Source: Candidatus Deferrimicrobiaceae bacterium
Lineage (GTDB): Bacteria > Desulfobacterota > Deferrimicrobia > Deferrimicrobiales > Deferrimicrobiaceae
DNA length: 64,000 nt
Direction: 5' to 3'
Assembly (NCBI GenBank): GCA_963792415.1
Contig: CAWBVY010000007.1
Span: 160,001-224,000 of the forward strand
Shown here piece after piece: positions 20,273-29,970 of this stretch (its first letter is position 1; every line of letters begins with the position of its first letter). Under the pieces are notes generated by a model that was not told the origin of the DNA, did not search any database, and saw only the letters and a program-made list of their open reading frames with translations. Both the position numbers and the translations under genes were made by a program.

Positions 20273-21441
20273 GGGTTCCCCCCCCCGCCCTTCCACGGCA
20301 GCGGCAGGAGCAGGGCGAGCAGGACGCCGATCACGGGGAGAATGTTGATCGCGTTCGTGGCGACCGGGACGCCGTACCGGTCGGCGACCGCCCCGATCAG
20401 GGTGACGCCGATGCCGCCCGTGCCGATCGCAAACCCGGCGATGGCGCCCGAGGCGGTGGCCATCCGCTTCGGGAACAGTTCCTGGGCCATCACGATCGTG
20501 ACCGAGAAGGTCGAGACGATCGTCCCGCCCAGGAGCGCGGCCGATGCGAAGACCATCCACCCCGACGACCGCAGGAACAGGAAGATCAGCGGGATCTGCA
20601 GGACGACGGAGAAGAAGAGGAGCCGGCGGTGCCCGAACCGGTCCGCCAGCGGCCCCCCGATCACCGTGCCCACGGTGCCCGAGCCGAGGAAGAAGAAGAG
20701 GAGGGTCGCCACGTACGCGGGGTCGCTCTTCAACTGCTCCTGATAGATGAAGGGGATGTAGGTGGCGAGCCCCAGTTGCGTCCATGAGCGCAGTACCACG
20801 ATCAGGATGATGAGCGACACGGCGTAGAGGGGGTGCTCGACGTCGCTCATCGCGCCCTTCCGCGGGGCGGTGGAGGCCGAATCGATCCGGCTCCGGATGG
20901 TGGGCATGGCGGGGAGGAGCAGGAGCGCCGCCAGCGCGGTAGGGATCAGCAGGCCGGACGCCCCCGGGAGACCGTACCGGGAGACGAGGAAGATCGCGGC
21001 GGGCGAGCCGATGGCCCACCCGAGGTTCCCCCCGACGGAAAAGAAGGACATCCCCGTAGCCCGGCGCCGGGACGTGATGCAGGCGGTCGCCTTGAACCCT
21101 TCCGGATGGAACGCCGCGGTGCCGAGCCCCATGAACAAGATGAACGCCACCAGCCAGGCGAACGACGGGGAGAACGGGACCAGCGCGATCCCGACGCCGG
21201 AGATCGCGCACCCCAGCGGCAGCAGGATGGGGAAGGGGCGCCGGTCCGTGACGTAGCCGAACAGCGGCTGGATCACGGAAGAGGTGAGGTGCGCCGCCAT
21301 CAGCAGCGCTCCCGCGGCGGCGTACGACAGGTCGAACCGCTCCTTGAGGTACGGAAGGAGCGCCGGCAGGGCTCCCTGCACCATGTCCGTGCACATGTGC
21401 CCGAAGGAGAGGATCAGGAGCAGGACGGCGGAGGAGTTCAC
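20269..21441 (-). CDS. MFS transporter, Fsr (fosmidomycin resistance)-like
   Basis: SSVIQPLFG, AAFHPEG, FSVGGNLG and GGPLADRFG. Confidence 0.88.
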   Translation of the reverse strand: MNSSAVLLLILSFGHMCTDMVQGALPALLPYLKERFDLSYAAAGALLMAAHLTSSVIQPLFGYVTDRRPFPILLPLGCAISGVGIALVPFSPSFAWLVAFILFMGLGTAAFHPEGFKATACITSRRRATGMSFFSVGGNLGWAIGSPAAIFLVSRYGLPGASGLLIPTALAALLLLPAMPTIRSRIDSASTAPRKGAMSDVEHPLYAVSLIILIVVLRSWTQLGLATYIPFIYQEQLKSDPAYVATLLFFFLGSGTVGTVIGGPLADRFGHRRLLFFSVVLQIPLIFLFLRSSGWMVFASAALLGGTIVSTFSVTIVMAQELFPKRMATASGAIAGFAIGTGGIGVTLIGAVADRYGVPVATNAINILPVIGVLLALLLPLPWKGGGGNP

Positions 21442-22454
21442 CGGAGCATCCCGTCCGCGATGTCGTCCTTCCCCAGCAGGAGCATGACGAGCCGGTCGAC
21501 CCCCAGCGCGGCGCCGGAGCAGGGGGGGAGCCCGCGCCGCAGCGCGTCGAGGAACCCCGGGTCCGCGGGAAGCGTCTGCCCGGTCGATCGCCGGTGCCGG
21601 TCGATCAGCGCAAGCAGCCGGGCCTCCTGCTCCGCAGGGTCGGTCAGTTCCTCGTACCCGTTGACCAGCTCGACGCCGCCAAGGAACCCCTCGAACCGCT
21701 CCGACACCTCGGGGCGCCCGGGGCGGCGGCGCGCCATCGCACCGAGGGCCGTCGGGTACCCGGTGAGGAAGCAGGCGCCGCGTTCAACGATCGCCGGCTC
21801 CACCACGTCGAGGCAGGCCCGGTGGAAGAGGTCCTCCCACGGTTCGTCCGCTCCCGGGCACATCCCCTTTCGGTCGAGCGCTTCGCGCAACCCCTTCCCA
21901 TCCTCCATGCCGACCCCGAGCAGTTCCCGGAACGCGTCGTCGAGTTCCCAGCGGGGCCACGGCCCGTCGACCGGGATCCTCCTGCCGCCGCCTTGGACGA
22001 CCGCCTCGCCGTCGATCGTCCGGGTCAGCGTCCGGACCAGCTCCTCGACGTCCCGCATCACGGCGTCCGCGTCGCCGCCCACCCGGTACCATTCGAGCAA
22101 CGTGAACTCGGGGGAGTGGAGGGGCGACCCTTCACGATTCCGGAACACCTTCCCCAGATAGAAGATGTCTCCCGATCCGGCGGCGAGAAGCTTCTTCATC
22201 GAGAGTTCGGGGGAGGTGTGCAGGTAGAACCGCGCCGCCTTGCCGGAGGCGTCGGCGATCCTCACAGGAAAGATGTTCGGGTCGATGTTCGGGTACGCCT
22301 GCGCGATCGGGGGGTCCACCTCGAGGAACTCCCGCTCCCGGAAGAAGGCCCGGATCCCCTCGAGGACCCGTGCCCGTGCCCGAAGCGCCTCCCACGGCAG
22401 CTCCCCGTCCGCGAGCCGCCGCCACGTCTCCCTCGGTTCTCCCTCCGCGCACAT
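21438..22454 (-). CDS. epmA: EF-P lysine aminoacylase EpmA (GenX/PoxA)
   Basis: LysRS catalytic domain only: YLHTSPELSMKKLLAAG, FRNRE...HSPEFTLLEWYR, ELVNGYEELTD and ALGVDRL. Confidence 0.9.
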   Translation of the reverse strand: MCAEGEPRETWRRLADGELPWEALRARARVLEGIRAFFREREFLEVDPPIAQAYPNIDPNIFPVRIADASGKAARFYLHTSPELSMKKLLAAGSGDIFYLGKVFRNREGSPLHSPEFTLLEWYRVGGDADAVMRDVEELVRTLTRTIDGEAVVQGGGRRIPVDGPWPRWELDDAFRELLGVGMEDGKGLREALDRKGMCPGADEPWEDLFHRACLDVVEPAIVERGACFLTGYPTALGAMARRRPGRPEVSERFEGFLGGVELVNGYEELTDPAEQEARLLALIDRHRRSTGQTLPADPGFLDALRRGLPPCSGAALGVDRLVMLLLGKDDIADGMLR

Positions 22455-22517
22455 CCGTACTGTTTACCCTATGATCCGCCTCGCAGTAAAGCCTCACGAC
22501 CGATTACGGCAAAGATC

Positions 22518-23618
22518 TCAAGGGACGGCGGGCGGGCGGACCCCCGGCATCGTTCCCGAAAGTCCGGTCGCGAGGAACTCCCGGAGGGACTCCTTTTCCT
22601 CCCTCGACAGGCCGAGGGGCCGCAACAGGGGCGATTTCTTCGGGTCAACGCCGCCCCCGCGGTCGTAGAAGTCGATCACCTCCTCGAGGGTCCCGAGGGC
22701 GCCGTTGTGCATGTAGGGGGCGGTTGCCGCCACCTCCCGCAGCGAGGGCGTCGAGAACGCCTTCCAGTCCGCCGGGTCCTTCGTGACCAGAAACCGCCCC
22801 GGGTCCTCGCGGAGCGTCCGGTAGTCGGGGAACCCCGACACCTTGCCGACGAACCGCGCGGTTGCGAACACCCGTGGATCATCCTTCGCCTTCGGGTCCT
22901 CCGGGACGCCGAGGTTGTGGAACCGCTCGTCGGTCAGGTTCGGGCCGTTGTGGCACGCCGCGCAGCCGGCCTTGCCGAGGAACAGCCCGAGCCCGGCGTG
23001 CTGCCGCGGCGTAAGGGCCCCCGGCTCCCCGCGCAGGCGACGGTCCAGCGGCGTGTCGCGGGAGAGAAGGGTCCGCTCGAAGGCGGCGATCGCCATCGCC
23101 ACGCGCTGCCGGGTGATCTCACCCCCGAAGACGGATCGAAACGCTTCCACGTAGGCGGGGACCGTTTTCAGCACCTCTTCGAGATAGTCCAGATTCCGGT
23201 TCATCTCGAAGGGGCTCATCATCGGGAAGAGGGCCTGCTCTTCGAGGGAGGTCGCCCGCCCGTCGTGGAACAGCCTCTTCCGGTACGCCACGTTCACGAG
23301 CCCCGGGGAGTTCCGCCAGTTCCGCGTGGTGGGATAGGAGAGGGAGATCGGGAGCGCGTCGGCGAAGCCGGTCTCCGGGTCGTGGCAGGTGGCGCAACTC
23401 ATCGTCCCGTCCCCCGACAGGCGCCGGTCGAAGAACAGCTTCTTCCCGAGTTCGACCTTCTCCGGTGTGGTCGGGTTCTCCGAAGGGGAAGGCGGAGGTG
23501 GCAGCGGGGCAAGAGCGGGCGGCGGGACGGGTTCGGCCGCGAACGAGGGGGAAGGCACGAGGGTCGCTCCCGCGAGGAGCGCGCAAAGAAGAAGGGGGGG
23601 AAGTGCGCGCGGGTTCAC
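22518..23618 (-). CDS. Di-heme cytochrome c peroxidase/MauG-superfamily protein
   Basis: Signal peptide; CATCH and CAACH heme motifs; LGKKLFFDRRLS and TPSLREVAATAPYMHNG. Confidence 0.92.
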   Translation of the reverse strand: MNPRALPPLLLCALLAGATLVPSPSFAAEPVPPPALAPLPPPPSPSENPTTPEKVELGKKLFFDRRLSGDGTMSCATCHDPETGFADALPISLSYPTTRNWRNSPGLVNVAYRKRLFHDGRATSLEEQALFPMMSPFEMNRNLDYLEEVLKTVPAYVEAFRSVFGGEITRQRVAMAIAAFERTLLSRDTPLDRRLRGEPGALTPRQHAGLGLFLGKAGCAACHNGPNLTDERFHNLGVPEDPKAKDDPRVFATARFVGKVSGFPDYRTLREDPGRFLVTKDPADWKAFSTPSLREVAATAPYMHNGALGTLEEVIDFYDRGGGVDPKKSPLLRPLGLSREEKESLREFLATGLSGTMPGVRPPAVP

Positions 23619-24250
23619 GGTTTCTTCCCTCCCGGCCCGGCGGCCTTGAGTTCCCCGTCGATGACCGCCTTGTACGACTCGAACGGCCGGACACCCAGAA
23701 GCTTCACCCCGTTGATGAAGATCGTCGGCGTGTTGTACAGGTAGAGCGACTCCCCGAGCTTCACGTCCCGGTCGATCTCCGGGTTATGCCGCATCGTGTC
23801 CAGGTCCTTCGTGAAGCGGGGGACGTCGAGCTTCAGTTCCTTCGCGTACGCGATGAGGCTTTCCCGGTCCAGCTTCGGCGACCGGTCGAGCAGGAGGAGG
23901 TGCATTTCGCGGAACTTCCCCTGGTCGTGCGCCGCGAGCGACGCCTCCGCGGCGATGCGCGAATAGTCCCGGTACCGGTACGGCAGGTGCTTCACCACGA
24001 GGCGGACGCTGTCGCCGTACTCCTTGAGGATCTTCTCGACGGTCGGACCGACCGCCTTGCAGTGCGGTCACTGGTAGTCGAGGAATTCGACGATCGTCAC
24101 CGGCGCATTCGCGGGCCCGATGAACGGGGAGTCGCCCGCCGGCACGGCGAACCGGACGTCGGCGGCCCCCGCCGGGACCACGGCGAGAAGCGTCAGGGCG
24201 ACCCGAAAGGCAAGGCGGCACGCGTTCAATCGCAATCCGCTTCCTTTCAT
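23615..24250 (-). CDS. Exported DsbA-like thioredoxin-fold selenoprotein (UxxC, Sec61)
   Basis: GPANAPVTIVEFLDYQ-U-PHC reads through TGA 24070-24068 in frame into VKHLP...TPTIFING; signal peptide; GGAGG RBS. Confidence 0.9.
24038..24056 (-). promoter_or_regulatory. Candidate SECIS hairpin (DsbA-like gene)
   Basis: GGCGGTCG-GTC-CGACCGTC starting 11 nt after the TGA. Confidence 0.7.
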
Positions 24251-24329
24251 CCTATCCACCTCCTCCGCAAGATCGGTCGTTCTCCCTCGAAGATTCTACT
24301 ACAACGCGGCCGGTTGGTCCCTTGCGGGA

Positions 24330-24485
24330 AGAAAATTCCATTCGGCATTGGTAAAAAAACAAATTGTGGTTGTTTTCAGTTTTATGATAAATCGTTTGAA
24401 ATCAAATATCTACCAAGAGTAATAATTATTATCTTTGTTTTTAAGGTTTTTCATTGATCTGTTTATAACATTTTTATAATATCAG
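24330..24485. promoter_or_regulatory. Very AT-rich divergent promoter region between the DsbA/CcP pair and the fdn operon
   Basis: A/T tracts in a GC-rich genome; TATAAT at 24475-24480; Fur-like TAATAAT-T-ATTATCT at 24420-24434. Confidence 0.6.
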
Positions 24486-24554
24486 CGAGGATCCGGCGGG
24501 TTTCTCTTTTTACGGATACGGCGTCAATCCGACCGACCGAAGGAGGTGTACCGG

Positions 24555-27500
24555 ATGGCGATATCACGGAGGGAGTTCTTCAAGACCTCGGGGGCGGGGC
24601 TGGCCGCGGGCCTGCTCGGCTTCTCCCTCGACCCCGTAGTGGCGAAAGCCGACGAGTTCAGCCTCCGCTACGCGAAGGAGACGACCACCATCTGCCCCTA
24701 CTGCTCGGTGGGGTGCGGGATGATCGTCCACACCCTCGGGGGGAACCTCGTGAACGTCGAAGGCGATCCCGATCACCCGATCAGCGAGGGATCCCTCTGC
24801 CCGAAAGGCTCCTCGGTCCTCCAGCTGCGGGACAACAAGGCCCGGGTGACGAAACCCCTCTACCGCGCGCCCGGCGCGAAGGAGTGGAAGGAGGTCGACT
24901 GGGACTGGGCGCTCGACGAGATCGCGAAGAAGGTCAAGAAGACCCGGGACGCCACCTTCACCGCCAAGAGCACCATCAAGGTGAAGGAGAAGGTCGGCGA
25001 CAGGGAGATAGAGAAGACGGTCGAGGCGGTCGTCAACCGGACGAACGGGATCGCCCACGTCGGGAGCGCCGCGCTGGACAACGAGGAGTGCTACCTCCTC
25101 CAGAAATTCCTCCGGGGGTTGGGCCTGGTCGCCATCGAGCACCAGGCGCGAATATGACACAGCGCCACTGTAGCGGCTCTGGCAGAGTCGTTCGGACGGG
25201 GCGCGATGACGAATCACTGGATCGACATAAAGAACGCGGACGTGATCCTGATCATGGGGGCCAACCCGGCGGAGAACCACCCCGTCGCCTTCCGCTGGAT
25301 CCAGCGGGCGAAGGATAACGGCGCCAAGATCCTCTGCGTCGACCCGCGCTTCACCCGGAGCGCGGCGAAGGCCGACATCTACGCCCCCCTCCGGTCGGGT
25401 ACGGACATCGCCTTTCTCGGCGGGATGATCCGGCACATCCTCGAAAATCGTCTCTACCACCAGGAGTACGTGGCGAAGTACACGAACGCGTCGTACCTCG
25501 TCGGGCCCGATTTCAAGATGCCCGGAGACCTGGCCGGCCTCTTCTCGGGGTACGACAAGAAGAAGGGGAAGTACGACAAGAAGACGTGGGCGTACCAGAA
25601 GGGCCCCGACGAGGTGATCCGGAAGGACGAGACGCTGAAGGATCCCCGTTCCGTCTTCCAGTTGCTGCGGAAGCAATATTCCCGCTACACGCCGGACCTC
25701 GTGTCGAGCATCACCGGAACGCCGAAGGAGACGCTCCTCAAGGTATACGAGGTGTACGGCTCCACGGGGAAGCCGGACAAGTCGGGGACCGAGCTGTACG
25801 CGATGGGGTGGACGCAGCACACGGTGGGGACGCAGAACATCCGCGCGATGAGCATCATCCAGCTCCTGCTCGGCAACGTCGGGGTCGCGGGCGGAGGGAT
25901 CAACGCCCTGCGCGGCGAGAGCAACGTCCAGGGATCCACCGACCACGGGCTCCTCTTCCACATCCTTCCGGGGTATCTGGCGGTTCCTTCCGCGGACCTT
26001 CCCACCCTCGAGAAGTACGTCGAGAAGTACACCCCCAAGACGAAGGAGGCGCAGAGCGCGAACTGGTGGGGGAACCGGAACAAGTACATCACGAGCTACC
26101 TGAAGGCGATCTACGGCGCCAAGGCGACGAAGGAGAACGACTTCGGCTACGCCTGGCTTCCCAAGAACGACCCGGGGGTGAACTCCTCCTGGCTGATGAT
26201 CTTCGACAACATGCTTCGCGGCAAGTACAAGGGGTTCTTCGCCTGGGGACAGAACCCGGCCTGCTCCGGCTCCAACGCGGGGAAGGTCCGGAAGGCGCTG
26301 GAGCACCTGGAGTGGATGGTGACGGTCAACCTGTTCGACAACGAGACGGCGTCGTTCTGGAAGGGGCCGGGGGTGGACCCGGCGAAGGTGAACACGGAGG
26401 TCTTCTTCCTCCCCGCGGCGGCGTCGTTCGAGAAGGAGGGGAGCGTCACCAACTCCGGCCGGTGGGCGCAGTGGCGCACCGCGGCGGTCAAGCCCCTCGG
26501 GCAGTCGCGGCCCGACTCCGAGATCATGAACGACCTCTTCTTCCGGCTCAAGGCGCGGTATGCGAAGGAAGGGGGCGCCTACCCCGACCCGCTCGTGAAC
26601 CTCACGTGGAACTACGGGTACAGGCATCTGGACGGCACGGTCCGGTCGGTCGACATCCACGCCGTGGCGAAGGAGATCAACGGCTACTTCGTCGACAACG
26701 TCGAGGAGAAGCCGAAACCGGGGGAGCCCCCCCCCAAGGAGAGGAAGCTCGTCGGGAAGAAGGGGGAGCTGGCCGGCAGCTTCGCGCTGCTCCAGGCGGA
26801 CGGCACCACCACCAGCGGGAACTGGCTCTACTGCCAGAGCTACAACGAGAAGGGGAACATGATGGCCCGGCGGGGAAAGAAGGACCCCAGCGGGCTCGGG
26901 CTCTTCTCCGACTGGTCATGGGCGTGGCCCGTGAACCGGCGCATCCTCTACAACCGGGCGTCGGTCGACCTTTCGGGCAAGCCGTACCTCGCGAAGAAGG
27001 CGGTCATCTACTGGAACGCCAACGCGGTCCTTCCCGACGGGAAGCTGGGCAAGTGGGAGGGCGACGTTCCCGACGGGGGGTGGCCCCCGATGGGGAACGA
27101 GAAGGACGGGAAGAAGCCGTTCATCATGCGGGCCGACGGCGTGGCGTCGGTCTTCGGACCGGGGCTTGCGGACGGCCCGTTCCCCGAGCATTACGAGCCG
27201 CTCGAGTGCCCGATCCAGGAGAACCTGATGTCGAAGCAGATGACGAACCCCGCGTCGAAAAAGTTCGCAGACGGGGGGTTGGCCGAGGACGTGTACGCCT
27301 CCTGCGACACGCGGTTCCCTTATGTTGCGACGACGTACCGGGTGACCGAGCACTGGCAGACGGGGGTGCTTTCCCGGAACGTCCCGTGGCTCCTCGAGCT
27401 GCAGCCCCGGCTCTTCGTGGAGATGGGCCTCGAGCTCGCGAAGGAGAAGAAGATCCGGAACGGCGACATGGTCGAGGTCGCCTCGGCGCGCGGGAAGGTC

Positions 27501-27707
27501 GATGCCGTCGCCATCGTCACCCCGCGCTTCCGGCCGTTCAAGGTGGCCGGCGGCACGGTTCACCAGGTCGGGCTCCCCTGGTGCTTCGGCTGGTTCACGC
27601 CGGGGGTGGGGGAATCGGCCAACCTCCTCACGCCGACGGCGGGGGACGCGAATACCATGATCCCTGAAACGAAGGCGTTCATGGTCAACGTAAAGGCGAG
27701 GGGGTGA
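24555..27707 (+). CDS. fdnG: Formate dehydrogenase-N alpha subunit, selenocysteine-containing (Sec201)
   Basis: Tat signal SRREFFK; CPYCSVGC...C Fe-S motif; EHQARI-U-HSATV across TGA 25155-25157; GRGAMTNHW. Confidence 0.97.
25172..25192 (+). promoter_or_regulatory. Candidate SECIS hairpin (fdnG)
   Basis: AGCGGCTCT-GGC-AGAGTCGTT starting 14 nt after the TGA. Confidence 0.7.
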
Positions 27708-27712
27708 CCGCC

Positions 27713-28495
27713 ATGGCCCAGGTACGCGTGGGATTTCTCGTCGACACGTCGCGCTGCATCGGTTGCCGCTCCTGCCAGGTCGCGTGCAAGGCGTGGAACC
27801 ACATGGACGCGGACAAGACGGTCGAGAAGGGAAGCTACGAAAACCCGACCGACCTCACCCCCAACCTGTACAACCGGATCCGGTTCCTCGAGAGCGCGGA
27901 CGCCGGGGGGAACGTGAAGTGGCTCTTCATGAACGAGCGGTGCGTCCACTGCGGCGACGCGGGGTGCATGAAGGTCTGCCCGTCGCCGGGGGCGCTCCAC
28001 CGGACGAAGGACGGGATCGTCGTCTTCGACAAGGAGAAGTGCATATCGTGCAAATATTGCGTCTCCGCCTGTCCGTTCAACATCCCCCGCTACGGGGCGG
28101 ACGACAAGGTGACCAAGTGCCACCTGTGCTTCGACCGGATCGGGGCGGGGAGGCTCCCGGCGTGCGCCTTGGCGTGCCCGACCCAGACGCTGCAGTTCGG
28201 GGGCCGGGACGCCCTGATCGCGAAGGCGAGGGGGGCGGGGAAGAAGCTGTACGGTGAGAACGCGCTCGAGGGACTGGGGGTCGTCTACGCGCTCGAGGAG
28301 AAGCCCGAGGTGTACGGCCTTCCGGAGAATCCGACGATCCCGACATCGATCTTCCTGTGGAAGGACGTGGTGAGGCCGCTCGGGATCCTCGGCTTCTGGG
28401 GCAGCGTCGCCGCGGTGGTGGTCCATTACGTGACCTTCGGATCGCGCCAGCTCGAGGAGGACGGGAAGGGGAAGGGAGGCGATGCGCATGGGTAA
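27713..28495 (+). CDS. fdnH: Formate dehydrogenase iron-sulfur (beta) subunit
   Basis: CIGCRSCQVAC, CVHC..C..CP, CISCKYCVSACP and CHLC motifs; C-terminal TM helix. Confidence 0.93.
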   Translation: MAQVRVGFLVDTSRCIGCRSCQVACKAWNHMDADKTVEKGSYENPTDLTPNLYNRIRFLESADAGGNVKWLFMNERCVHCGDAGCMKVCPSPGALHRTKDGIVVFDKEKCISCKYCVSACPFNIPRYGADDKVTKCHLCFDRIGAGRLPACALACPTQTLQFGGRDALIAKARGAGKKLYGENALEGLGVVYALEEKPEVYGLPENPTIPTSIFLWKDVVRPLGILGFWGSVAAVVVHYVTFGSRQLEEDGKGKGGDAHG

Positions 28496-29102
28496 GAAAT
28501 ACGTCGAGCGGTTCAACACGGCCGAGCGGGTGCTCCACTGGTTCGTCGCCGCGTCGTTCTTCACCCTGCTCCTGTCGGGGCTGGGGCTCTACTCCCGGCT
28601 CTTCCACGGCTACTTCGACCTGTTCGGGGGCGGGGAGGGGGCGATCCTGGCCCACAAGTACGCGGGGGTGATCTTCTTCTTCAGCTCCCTGCTGCTCTTC
28701 TTCAATCACGCGAAGGAGATGTTCACCTTCGACGAGGACGACCGGAAGTGGTGCAAGTCGCTGGGGGGCTACCTGTCGAAGAACCCCGAGCACATCAACA
28801 GCGGGAAGTTCAACGCCGGACAGAAGCTGTTCGGCATCTTCATGGGGATCGCGACGCTGCTGCTCGGGATCACCGGGGTCATCAACTGGGTCCCCGAGTC
28901 GTTTCCGCGGGGGATCGTCCAGTTTTCGCTGCTGCTCCACGGCCTCCTGTTCGTCTGGTTCGTGATGCTCATGATCGTGCACGTCTACCTCACCACGATC
29001 GGCAACCCGGGGACGCTCGAGGGGATGTTGTACGGCAACGTCCGCAGGATCTGGGCGCGGACCCACCACCCGAAATGGTATAAGGAGGTAGAGGGCGAAT
29101 AA
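28488..29102 (+). CDS. fdnI: Formate dehydrogenase cytochrome b (gamma) subunit
   Basis: RFNTAERVLHW, GKFNAGQK and WARTHHPKWY. Confidence 0.93.
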   Translation: MGKKYVERFNTAERVLHWFVAASFFTLLLSGLGLYSRLFHGYFDLFGGGEGAILAHKYAGVIFFFSSLLLFFNHAKEMFTFDEDDRKWCKSLGGYLSKNPEHINSGKFNAGQKLFGIFMGIATLLLGITGVINWVPESFPRGIVQFSLLLHGLLFVWFVMLMIVHVYLTTIGNPGTLEGMLYGNVRRIWARTHHPKWYKEVEGE

Positions 29103-29127
29103 TCGTCGGGAAGGGGCTTCGGGAGGG

Positions 29128-29970
29128 ATGAGTCGTACGGCGGACAAGATCGCGCACCTCCGGAAGACTTCCTTCGAGCATCCGGAGTACATCGACGTGC
29201 TCCTCCCGTTCGTCGAGATCTTCGCGTACGTCGACGGGAAGGAGGCCGGGACGGGGATCCGCTTCGCCGTCCCCGAGGGGAACGGGGCGGAGCGGGTGCG
29301 GGGCGGTCTTCCTCTCCTCTCCCCCGAGGCGCTCTCCGTGGATCGGGACGCCGCGACGGCCTTCCTGGCCGGCCTGCTCGACGTCCTGCGGCGCGTAGGC
29401 AGGGAGGGGCACGCGGATCTCGACCGGATCGGGGGGGGGCTTTCCGACGGTTCCCTCGACCTTGCCTCCCTGTACGTCGCCTGTCTTGCCCGGAAGCGGG
29501 ACGTCGTGGACCAGGCGGCGGCGTCCCTTTCGGTCCAGGCGCCCCTGCTCGCCTTCGTCCTCGAGATCCCGTTGAAGACCGCCCTCGAACGCGTTTCCTC
29601 CTCCCTTCCCCCGGAGCGGTTCGACGGTTGGAAGGAAGGGTATTGTCCCGTCTGCGGCTCCCGCGCGGGGATGGCCGAACTCTCCGGGGACGAGGGGAAG
29701 CGGCGGCTCTGCTGCTCCGCCTGCTTCTTCCTCTGGACGTTCCCCCGGATCCAGTGCCCCTACTGCGGAAACGCGAACCCGGAAACGCTCTCCTACTTCA
29801 CCGCGGGGGACGGCCCCACCCGGGTCGGGGTGTGCCGCGGCTGCAGCCGGTACCTGAAGACGCGCGACACGCGCCTCGGGAACGCGGACGTGCCGCTGGA
29901 AGCCGAAGACCTCGCCACCCTCCACCTGGACCTTCTGGCCGGGAAGGAAGGGTTCGAGAGGGGGAAATGA
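29128..29970 (+). CDS. fdhE: Formate dehydrogenase accessory protein FdhE
   Basis: CPVCG, CSAC, CPYCG, CRGCSRYLK and DLATLHLD. Confidence 0.92.
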   Translation: MSRTADKIAHLRKTSFEHPEYIDVLLPFVEIFAYVDGKEAGTGIRFAVPEGNGAERVRGGLPLLSPEALSVDRDAATAFLAGLLDVLRRVGREGHADLDRIGGGLSDGSLDLASLYVACLARKRDVVDQAAASLSVQAPLLAFVLEIPLKTALERVSSSLPPERFDGWKEGYCPVCGSRAGMAELSGDEGKRRLCCSACFFLWTFPRIQCPYCGNANPETLSYFTAGDGPTRVGVCRGCSRYLKTRDTRLGNADVPLEAEDLATLHLDLLAGKEGFERGK

